Source: Planctomycetota bacterium (GTDB taxonomy: Bacteria; Planctomycetota; PLA2; JAEUHO01). Taken from it: 64,000 bases of DNA. Both the position numbers and the translations under genes were made by a program. How positions within the stretch are numbered: position 1 is the stretch's first letter; each line of letters opens with the position of its first letter. Below the pieces are notes generated by a model. It was not told where the DNA came from. It saw nothing but the letters and a program-made list of their open reading frames with translations, and did no database searches. The DNA lies in NCBI GenBank assembly GCA_965222115.1, contig CBDCTJ010000001.1, positions 480,001 to 544,000 of the forward strand, given 5' to 3'. Of this stretch, positions 19,989 through 28,526 are shown one piece after another.

Positions 19989-20747
19989 ATGCGCAAGACG
20001 CTCAGCCTTGGCTTGGCAGCGGTACTCGCCCTGCCCGCCCTCATGTTTGCCTTCGGCCCCACTGCAAATGCAGGCGGTGGCTGCTGAGGCTTCTCCCCCG
20101 CCGCCAACGCCGTGTTGCGTTGCAAGTGGAAGAACGCCGAGAAAGTGGCCCCCGATACCGACGTTAGCACCGGCGACACCGCCGAAGAGGCCGAAGCGAA
20201 GGCCGAGAAGAAGATGGCGCCCAAGCCCATCATGGTCTACGTCACAGACGGCGCAGACAACGCTGAGCACACCAAGATCGAGAAGGTCGTTCTCATGAAC
20301 GAAGAGATCTCGATTCTCATGAATAACTTTGACTGCCTAAAGGTCAGCCCCGAAGTGGCTAAGGACGACCCGCTCTTGAAAGAGCACGGTAAGGCCTGCC
20401 CTCGCTTCATTATCTTCAACCGCGACTACAGCAAGCCCAAGGTCTTCGAAGGCAAGTCCATGAAGACCAAGAAGGTCTTGACCGCGCTCAAGAAGGCTGC
20501 CAAGCACGCCTACAAGACCCCCATCGACAAGTACGTCAAAGAGATCCGCAAGCTCGTCAACGAGTACAACAAGATCAATGGCGCGATGAAGGTCATTGAA
20601 GGCAAGCGGAGCCGCGGCGACCTCAGCAAGAAGGACAAGAAGAAGCTTGCCGAGCTTGAGCAGGCTCAGAAAGACGCTGAAGCCAAGGAAAAGAAATTCC
20701 TCACCTATGAGCTTCGCGTGAAGGAGAAGGCCAAAGCCGAAGGCTAA
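19989..20747 (+). CDS. Candidate secreted selenoprotein (Cys32-Sec33, GCUG motif) with a thioredoxin-like fold
   Basis: GGAG RBS; signal peptide ending ANA; GGC-GGT-GGC-TGC-TGA-GGC with the TGA at 20085-20087 in frame with ORF 20112..20747; SECIS-like hairpin follows; terminator after the TAA. Confidence 0.8.
20088..20134 (+). promoter_or_regulatory. Bacterial SECIS-like hairpin
   Basis: Stem caacgc (20105-10) / gcgttg (20117-22); loop CGUGUU begins 23 nt after the UGA; possible lower stem. Confidence 0.6.
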
Positions 20748-20782
20748 ACGCCAACCACCTTCTAGCTACGCAACCAATCTAG

Positions 20783-20815
20783 ACGCGGCGAGCCTTCGGG
20801 CTCGCCGCGTTTTTT
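20783..20815 (+). terminator. Rho-independent terminator
   Basis: acgcggcgagcc-ttcg-ggctcgccgcgt followed by a T tract. Confidence 0.92.
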
Positions 20816-20950
20816 CGTGATCAAGAAGTGCGTTTACAAGCCTTCCAAGGGAAGCCCCGCAAACACCCTCCTAAGTGGAGAAGAGTCTTTGTAGGTGTGG
20901 GAGCCAGTGAGAGACTCGAGATGAGCCGTTGCATACGAGACACGAAATCC

Positions 20951-22297
20951 TCAACGCAGCGATTGCAATGCGTCTTCCCAAGCGACGGGATCTTCGCCAA
21001 TGCCGTTAAGGCGCGTCTGGGTCTGGAGCGCTTTGGCAAGCGTTGATCGAAGCCGCGACCCGGACTTAGAACGCTTCAAGGCTCGAAGTAGACCTGACAC
21101 ACTTCCGGCCACAACATACGCTTCAAAGTACGCCGCAATGGCCAACTCGTTGCCATTCGCATCTTCAAGAAGCTTGATGAATTGAGGTCCCGCATCCCAT
21201 TGGTGATCAGAGAGTGCCGCTACGGCCGCTGTGGACACGTGGGGACTCGAATCGGCAACCAACGTCAGCAACCGCTGTCGCCCGGGCTTGTCCTGCACTG
21301 GGGCGATGACGCCAATCGCGGCCACCCGCACACGTACCGGAGCCTTGCCATCAAAGGCTACGCTCGCTGCATGGGCAACGCCTTCGGGGCGCGAGCGCAA
21401 TGCCCAGAGCGCAGCACGGCGCACGTTACGCTCGGGATGGGTAACGTTTACCGGTTCACCGCTCAACAGTTCAAGCAACGCGGCGCTTGCGCTATCCCCC
21501 AAGAACTCATAAGCGCGAGTTACAATCGACGCACGCTCGAGTCCCGTGATTTGAGGTGAAGCTTCACCACGGATGGCTGCCAACACACGCGCCTTTCGCT
21601 CCTCCGCTCGCGTCGACTTCGGCATCCATCGCTTTCGCAAGGGAGTCTTGAATACGGATTTGGCAGCAAGCTTGGCGTCCACCGCCTCCCGCGACACGAC
21701 TTGAATCGCGCCGTCTGCGACTCGAACAACGGTGAGGGGTTGCGCGTGCCCATTCGAAACAACAACGAGTAGACCTGCTTTGACCTCGATGCGCCTGACT
21801 TGCCACGGCGTGGTGTACCCGACGGGCATGACGGCAGGCCGTGGAGGTTGCGGCAACACAATCGACACTTGCGGCCCATCTACGGGAACCCAATTGAGAA
21901 GCGTAACTAACTCGCCGCGCGGATAGCCCGGCGGGCCATAGTCCTGGGTAATCGCGGCAAAGCCCGAACCGTCTGACGCCGGAAGAAAGTCAATCGGATA
22001 CCCTCCGATACGCGCGCGTGCCACCACACGATCCCCGCGACGAATCGGGTTTATTCCTGGCACACCATGTCTACCCTGCCCAACATCTCGGAGTACCGAC
22101 AACGCCTTTGAATCTCGCGCACACGCCACCAATGCACACCGATCACTTAGTGCCTCTACGGTTACGTACCACCGCCCGGTTGCATCCACGCGTCGCTTAG
22201 CGCCTGGAAAAGCGGGGGTCGCGTTGGATAACGGCGCCAACCCGACCGCAAGGAGCAACAAGGCAAGGACCCGGAGTACGAAGGCCATAACCTTCAT
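20951..22297 (-). CDS. Secreted protein with C-terminal HEAT-like repeats
   Basis: Signal peptide; 'VRRAALWAL', 'VRVAAIGVI', 'VSTAAVAAL'; ends '...GEDPVAW'. Confidence 0.6.
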   Translation of the reverse strand: MKVMAFVLRVLALLLLAVGLAPLSNATPAFPGAKRRVDATGRWYVTVEALSDRCALVACARDSKALSVLRDVGQGRHGVPGINPIRRGDRVVARARIGGYPIDFLPASDGSGFAAITQDYGPPGYPRGELVTLLNWVPVDGPQVSIVLPQPPRPAVMPVGYTTPWQVRRIEVKAGLLVVVSNGHAQPLTVVRVADGAIQVVSREAVDAKLAAKSVFKTPLRKRWMPKSTRAEERKARVLAAIRGEASPQITGLERASIVTRAYEFLGDSASAALLELLSGEPVNVTHPERNVRRAALWALRSRPEGVAHAASVAFDGKAPVRVRVAAIGVIAPVQDKPGRQRLLTLVADSSPHVSTAAVAALSDHQWDAGPQFIKLLEDANGNELAIAAYFEAYVVAGSVSGLLRALKRSKSGSRLRSTLAKALQTQTRLNGIGEDPVAWEDALQSLR

Positions 22298-22425
22298 TGG
22301 ACTCGTCGCGTATCATGGCGTCGTCATACTGACTACGTGTCGATACGTGTTTCGCCTATCTGTACTGCTACACAATCGTCAGGGCAAAGTTGCCAGCCTC
22401 ATGGACTCGACCCTACCCAATTGGG

Positions 22426-22752
22426 TCACGGATCAATGGGATTCAGCACGTCACAAAGACTGCCATCGCCCTGTCGTGTAATATGTCCTATCAGATTACG
22501 ATCGATACCCGCGTATCGGATGCAATCAACTTCTTGATCTCTTAGCGTCGCGAGCATTTGTACAAGATCTTGAGGCGACTCGGGTTGCCTCGAGACAAAG
22601 CAGTGCTTGTCTCTATCGTACGCGAACATGCTTGGTGCGGTCACCATGGGCACGTCGCAACATATACAGCAGCCATACTCGACATAGAAGTCGCCCTTAG
22701 CGTTGCTTGGGTGCCGTTTACGTTGACCTTGGGAAGGCGTCTTGCCGCTCAT
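22426..22752 (-). CDS. Single-cluster ferredoxin-like protein
   Basis: 'GDFYVEYGCCICCDVP...APSMF...CFVSRQP...DCIRY'. Confidence 0.7.
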   Translation of the reverse strand: MSGKTPSQGQRKRHPSNAKGDFYVEYGCCICCDVPMVTAPSMFAYDRDKHCFVSRQPESPQDLVQMLATLRDQEVDCIRYAGIDRNLIGHITRQGDGSLCDVLNPIDP

Positions 22753-22914
22753 GATTTCATCTTAGTCTCATGGGCGCGGATGACATAAACCTTGGCATTC
22801 GAAGGGGATAGTTCCTGGTAACGCTCCGCGACCTTGCGAATGTTCGATCAGGTTGTCAATCGGAGCAAACTGCACGTAACGTCGAGTCGCGTGGCTCAGG
22901 GATCATCAAGACTC

Positions 22915-24726
22915 TCACTTGCTTGGAGCAGGAAATCGAATCTCCGCATCGTTCTCGCCGTTGACGACCACGACATCGTCCAGAGCGTCAGTCCATGGTT
23001 TCTTGCCATCGGGTGACCACTGAAAGCGGTAGGTGCCGGGCACGATAGGTGCGATGACGGGTGGCCAACGCTGAGGTGTCACTTGCTGAGACGCATGGCC
23101 CTTCCCCTTTCCCATGAAATAGCGCAGATACCCTTGAGGGCGCAACACATTACCCACTGAGACTCGAGCATGAAGAGAGGCTGCCTCTATGCGAATCGTG
23201 TGATCACTACCACCCACGACGACGTCTAAATCGCGGCCATTTATATTGTTCATGTGCCAGTGCTTCAGGATCATCGTTGTTCCGACGGGTTGTGGCACCC
23301 AGGCCGTCCATTCTCCGGTTTCCGGGTCAGCGGAAACGGCTGCAACGACGTATTCGGGTTGACGCTTCGTTCGCACCGTCAAGATTCGAACCATAGGAAT
23401 AAGGAGACCCGAGCCAACGAGCCGGCCGCCGAGCGAATTGAGTCGCTTCACACGAATGTCGCCGAGATCCGAGCTCTCATCGACATCAACGGTGGCGACT
23501 TGAATCTCCTTTTGGTGGATGAGCTCGCTGCCAACGTAGACCTCATATCTACCTTCGGGGAGACGCGCACGAAACCGCCCCTCGGTGTCGGTATTCAATC
23601 TCTTATCGAAGTGCTTACCGCGAAACCGAAACTGCGAAGTACGTATGGGCTCGCGACCGTTTGCGAGCATGCGGCCGCGACACGTCTTGGCGGCACGCAA
23701 TCCAATGACCCAGTCACTTTCGCTTGGTTCCAGCCGATTCCACGATCCAGAATGAGTATGGCGTAGAAAGGAGTCGCCCGACACATGGAGCGACGCTCGT
23801 TCATTGGAGCCTGGTGGTACCCAAACGGGTACGCCATCGCCATCTATCGTGGCCTGCGTGCGAATGTGTATGGCACCCACCCTCAGGGTAAGCGTGCCGA
23901 TTTCGCCGCCAAGGTCACTTCCCTCGGAAGACTCAAGATAGACACCGACCTCTCGCCAAGGTCCAACGAGTTGGATCGTTGCTCGGACGTGCGCACCGAC
24001 TTTGGGATGAATCGACGCCGCCCCTCTATAACTACCGTCTATAGACACGAACTCCACCAAGTGCGGCTCGGGTGACACAAGCCAAGACACCTCACCCGGA
24101 ACGTCTATCGTTTGCGGGCTCGATACAGGCCTTGCAAACCTCTTCAGCACCACGTTACCACGCTGAACTTCGACGCCTTGGGGACGGACGATACGCACCG
24201 TTATTCGGGGAGCTGCAAATCCAACGATTTCAACAGGGCCCTTCACCTCGCCAACACGCGCCTGGATCCATGTTGGCTTGGATACCAGCGTTTCGGATCT
24301 CCAACGCAACACGAATTGAACGTCACCCTCTCGCTCCATTTGAGCTCTGATTCGGAACGTTCCTTCCTGGGGCCCCCAAATCACATCGGCGACGCCGAGG
24401 AGCTTCCCGGCGACGGTTGTGGTGAGTCTTCCACCGCCCGACCCCTTGCCGTACACGTCAATCACCCGACCAAAGATTACAATCTCATTTGGCTTCGCAC
24501 GCAGCGACTCCCAGTCGAACACCTTCTTGGCGCGGTCGATCTCATTATTCGAATGAAGACCTGGACGCGCGCTTCGCAAGGGTGCGTTGACACCCTCAAC
24601 CTGCTCGGTCGTCTCCCTAGAAACGACGGCACCATCTCTACCGATGCCGTCGTGAGCATCCGACAGAAGTAAGTAGAGCGTCACGCTCAGCGCGAGCACT
24701 GCCAAGACGAGCGCAATCCGATTCAC
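22915..24726 (-). CDS. Membrane-anchored protein with carboxypeptidase-regulatory-like domains
   Basis: GGAGG RBS with GTG at 24726; N-terminal TM; 'GRVIDVYG', 'TDTEGRF...LPEGRY'. Confidence 0.6.
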   Translation of the reverse strand: MNRIALVLAVLALSVTLYLLLSDAHDGIGRDGAVVSRETTEQVEGVNAPLRSARPGLHSNNEIDRAKKVFDWESLRAKPNEIVIFGRVIDVYGKGSGGGRLTTTVAGKLLGVADVIWGPQEGTFRIRAQMEREGDVQFVLRWRSETLVSKPTWIQARVGEVKGPVEIVGFAAPRITVRIVRPQGVEVQRGNVVLKRFARPVSSPQTIDVPGEVSWLVSPEPHLVEFVSIDGSYRGAASIHPKVGAHVRATIQLVGPWREVGVYLESSEGSDLGGEIGTLTLRVGAIHIRTQATIDGDGVPVWVPPGSNERASLHVSGDSFLRHTHSGSWNRLEPSESDWVIGLRAAKTCRGRMLANGREPIRTSQFRFRGKHFDKRLNTDTEGRFRARLPEGRYEVYVGSELIHQKEIQVATVDVDESSDLGDIRVKRLNSLGGRLVGSGLLIPMVRILTVRTKRQPEYVVAAVSADPETGEWTAWVPQPVGTTMILKHWHMNNINGRDLDVVVGGSDHTIRIEAASLHARVSVGNVLRPQGYLRYFMGKGKGHASQQVTPQRWPPVIAPIVPGTYRFQWSPDGKKPWTDALDDVVVVNGENDAEIRFPAPSK

Positions 24727-24761
24727 TCGGGGACCTCCCGTCATTTGACGCCGTAGCGCGG

Positions 24762-26186
24762 TTGATTGCGCGTTATCCTGTGATCGTGAGAATACTCGTC
24801 GCCGCCCTATCGTCGTTGTTTCTGATGACTGCGCCAAGTGCGTACGCAAAGCGCGCCAAGCAAAAGACGCGCGCAACGCCGATCGCCATTAAGAGGGGCC
24901 TACCAAAGTCGACGGGCGTCGGTCAACTTGCAATCGCAACGAACCTTCCCACGGGCGACAAGCGCTGGAAGGCGGTGAAGCGATATGCCAAGTCTCGCAA
25001 GGCGGCTACCCTACGATTTAGGGAGCTTGACGTAACGTCCATTCGGCGTTCGCTCGCCAAGATTGGGCCTGAGTTTGTTGCGTTCGCTGTCGCACCAGAA
25101 ACGCTCGACGTGAACTTTCACTACAGCGTGCTGGAGCTGTGTCGCGACCTCGACGACGATCCCATGCCCGACTTTCACTTTGGCTATCTCGTCACGCAAG
25201 ACGCGTCCGATATGGAGGCGTGGCTAGCGCGCATAGAAGCTCGCCACCAGGCACCGCTTGATACGCCGAAAGCAAAGGTAGTGGCGCTACGCGGAAACGG
25301 GAGTCAACTGCGCAGCCTCGACATGTTGCTTCACTTTGGGCACGGTATGCCAACTCGCGTGCAGGGCGGGATGACAGGCGAGCAGGTCGGCGCGCTCAAG
25401 CTCGAACGCGCGCCGGTAGTTTGGTCAGGCGCGTGTTTCAACGCCGTCGTCTCCCGCAGCTTTCACAAGAGCGCATTCCATATGGTGTGGTCTCCGCCCG
25501 TATCAGTCGATCCAAAGAAGTGCATGGCGACGAATTGGATCCACGCGGGCGCCTTGGGATTCTTGGCGGCCTTGGAAGGCGATCGTGGCGAGATGGCTTC
25601 GGTGGAGTGGGAATACTTGCGTCGGGAGGCATGCTCGCTCGGCGAAGCGATAGGCCACCAGTATCGTCTTGCTACGACAAGCTTCTATGCCGACTTTACT
25701 AGGTTTCCCCGCCACGTGAACCGACACAAGAAGCGCATGAGTTTTTACGATGTCATGCTTCGCGGCGCGGTTTCACGCGTATTGTTCGGCGACCCGTCGC
25801 TGAAACCCATCACGTCGCCTCTGGACAAGCCCACCCAAACCGTTTCGCTTGAACAAGACACAAGTGCATCGACGTCCAGATCGACGATCAAGATCCGCGT
25901 CGATCGCAGAGCGCAGTCCGCCCATCAAAACTACTTGCCAAAGTCTGGCAAGGGCGTATTCGACGCCCGCATCACCGCGCGGGTTGCTCTGCCCGAGGAC
26001 TGGTCAAAGCCGCTTCCCGTCGATGCTGCGGTCACACTCGTTACGAATGGCAAGTCTGTTGAGATCACCCGCCATCAAATCCGACACGAAGTTTGGGGCG
26101 GCCGTCGATTCGTCAACCTTCAGATTGAATCTCCTCCTGGCTCGGTCAAGAAGGGCTCGGTGGCAACGTTTGTGTTCGAGGACTGA
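24762..26186 (+). CDS. Secreted gingipain-like (peptidase C25 / clan CD fold) protein
   Basis: Signal peptide; HFGHG, SGACFN and VLFGDPSL motifs in the expected order. Confidence 0.55.
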   Translation: MIARYPVIVRILVAALSSLFLMTAPSAYAKRAKQKTRATPIAIKRGLPKSTGVGQLAIATNLPTGDKRWKAVKRYAKSRKAATLRFRELDVTSIRRSLAKIGPEFVAFAVAPETLDVNFHYSVLELCRDLDDDPMPDFHFGYLVTQDASDMEAWLARIEARHQAPLDTPKAKVVALRGNGSQLRSLDMLLHFGHGMPTRVQGGMTGEQVGALKLERAPVVWSGACFNAVVSRSFHKSAFHMVWSPPVSVDPKKCMATNWIHAGALGFLAALEGDRGEMASVEWEYLRREACSLGEAIGHQYRLATTSFYADFTRFPRHVNRHKKRMSFYDVMLRGAVSRVLFGDPSLKPITSPLDKPTQTVSLEQDTSASTSRSTIKIRVDRRAQSAHQNYLPKSGKGVFDARITARVALPEDWSKPLPVDAAVTLVTNGKSVEITRHQIRHEVWGGRRFVNLQIESPPGSVKKGSVATFVFED

Positions 26187-26277
26187 AAGTGAGATTTCGC
26201 AGCAAAGAAAAACCCTCGACACCATCAAGCAAAGTGAATCGACTCAGTAGGCTTCGACAACGCAAGTTCTTGACACA

Positions 26278-28434
26278 GTGAAAGACTCCATCCGACGAAC
26301 GACCCTGCTATTTGCGATTCTGATTGCGGCAGCCGTAGCCGTATTCATTCTGCTACCTAACGACCAAGTAGACGATTCGACGAGCGGAGGCGTAGAACAT
26401 GCGGGCAACGTCGATACTTCATTGACCGAGGTGTCGCTACGAGGCACATCGAACGCCAAGCCACCACAATCACCATCAAGCGTCGAGTCGGACGGCGATG
26501 CCGCTAGATCGCTCGTACGATCACCGTGGACTTTGGAAATTACGGTCTTAGACCAGCACAATATACCAGTTACCAACAGGGTCGTGCCGCTGCAACTGCT
26601 TAGGGACGGTCAATCGCTGCACGGGTGGACAGCTACGACAGACGATGAAGGTGTGGCACGCTTTCCGAACGTAAATGCTATCGCTCATGCCGACGTGAAC
26701 ATGTACGGTTTTCGCCTTGTCGTTAGAATTCCCAGCACGTTGCCGGGAACCTTCGAACGCGACATTGGAGACGTTCGGTTGCTCCAACGTGAGTTTCAGG
26801 AAATGGCGCTCGTTCGATCGCTGAGACAGGTGACGGTTCGAAGGACTGTCCACGCAAGTGGTGATCGACAACGCTCACTCAAGGTCACAACACTCGAAGG
26901 CGTCGCACTGCCTGGCATCTACATTTCAGCCTTTCCGACTAAGCTGGACGTCATACATGTCCGAGACTTCGCTCGAACTGACAAACATGGGCGTGTGACG
27001 TATTCCATTCCCGATGATTGGCGCGGCACGGCACGATTGCTCATGGGCGGAGCGTTCAAATTCGAACAACGCGTAACGTTGAGCCGCGCAAATCAAGGCG
27101 CAATTTCGCTTGCGCCATCGATTAGCGGTCGGATTATTGATCGCGATGGTTATGGCGTAGCGGGAACTCGGTTGCGAATTCGACTCGCCAACGACCCCCT
27201 TGATTTCCGCAACACAATCAGCTTTTTTCCAGATTCTCTTGGAGGCACCGAGTTCTTTTGGCCTCTTTTCCTAGGCTCGGCTCCGCGTCCACTGGCGATC
27301 GCCTTGGAGGAGCGTTCCATTTATGCAGTATCAGACGATAACGGTTCCTTTGCATTCGCAGGACTAATGAAAGATGAACGTTACGAGATTCATGTGCTCG
27401 AGCCCGGGGGTGTGAATCGTCTAGCATCGGACGCTGTTCACGCGGGCGATACTCTAGGAATTTCTACAAATACCTCAAGAGTCACGGTGCGTATGTTCAA
27501 TCAGGAGACGGGCGAGGCGACGCGTGCGCCATGCTATGCAACACGCGTGTGGCGTGCGCCCACCCAAAAGATTGATCTTCGAGGGGTCGGCCGATCTGTC
27601 TGCCTCTCAACGGAACAGCGAGCGTGCGAAGCGACACTCCCAGTTGGAAGCATGTGGTTGATCGGCGCAAGCGTAAGAGGTTACAAACCAACGAGAATAC
27701 TGTTCACCGTGCCCGACGAAGAACGCGTGCGAGTAGACTTCGCGCTTACGCCTCGCGAGAAAGTGGCCCCTCTACGCGTTTACTGCCGCACGACAGATGG
27801 CGTAGCCATATCCAATCTGCCCTTAATGGTGACTCAACCGAACCGCGTCCCAGTCACATTTGACATCACGTGGGACGGCAACGTAGCACTCGTTCACTTT
27901 CTGGATCCGGAGGAAGCGCAATTTCGACTCGACATGAATCGACTTGAAGCGTGCACGGGCCGATTGCATAGATTCCTCATGCGCCCCTCTTGGCCCAGAT
28001 CATCGAAGGACGAGATCGCCAAGGGCGGCGTTCATCTAGATCTCGACATCGGCGGACGCGTGGAATGCCGAATCAAGTTTACGAACCTCACGTGGAATGT
28101 GGCAGATGCCCGTGTGCATATCAAGCAGCGCCCTGTTGACGAGGCCACCGGCAGTGCTACTGACCGCGCCTCAATTGATTCGTTTAGGCACGTGATTCCA
28201 CTCCAGATGATCCGACGAAATGCTCCGCAAGACACAAGCCATATTGAGTACGCCTTCGAGTCGAATGTGTTGGTTCCGGGCGTGTACGACTTAGAGATCC
28301 GGAATCTGCACGAAGATGCGGAGGGTCGTGAGACCACAGCGCCGCCCTCTCTGCATCCGAAGACGACCATCGAAGTCGTCAAAGGAAAGACCACGCCTGT
28401 CCACATGTCGATCGTGTTGCCCGAGCAACGGTAG
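26278..28434 (+). CDS. Membrane-anchored beta-sandwich repeat protein, paralog 1
   Basis: N-terminal TM; colinear similarity to 28527..30701. Confidence 0.7.
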   Translation: MKDSIRRTTLLFAILIAAAVAVFILLPNDQVDDSTSGGVEHAGNVDTSLTEVSLRGTSNAKPPQSPSSVESDGDAARSLVRSPWTLEITVLDQHNIPVTNRVVPLQLLRDGQSLHGWTATTDDEGVARFPNVNAIAHADVNMYGFRLVVRIPSTLPGTFERDIGDVRLLQREFQEMALVRSLRQVTVRRTVHASGDRQRSLKVTTLEGVALPGIYISAFPTKLDVIHVRDFARTDKHGRVTYSIPDDWRGTARLLMGGAFKFEQRVTLSRANQGAISLAPSISGRIIDRDGYGVAGTRLRIRLANDPLDFRNTISFFPDSLGGTEFFWPLFLGSAPRPLAIALEERSIYAVSDDNGSFAFAGLMKDERYEIHVLEPGGVNRLASDAVHAGDTLGISTNTSRVTVRMFNQETGEATRAPCYATRVWRAPTQKIDLRGVGRSVCLSTEQRACEATLPVGSMWLIGASVRGYKPTRILFTVPDEERVRVDFALTPREKVAPLRVYCRTTDGVAISNLPLMVTQPNRVPVTFDITWDGNVALVHFLDPEEAQFRLDMNRLEACTGRLHRFLMRPSWPRSSKDEIAKGGVHLDLDIGGRVECRIKFTNLTWNVADARVHIKQRPVDEATGSATDRASIDSFRHVIPLQMIRRNAPQDTSHIEYAFESNVLVPGVYDLEIRNLHEDAEGRETTAPPSLHPKTTIEVVKGKTTPVHMSIVLPEQR

Positions 28435-28526
28435 ACGTGCTGCTATCGGCACACCTAAACTACGCGGTGAGCATTTGCGTCTCCATCGACACGCTTGAGA
28501 CAATCGCAAGTTAGAATTCCGCTTCA

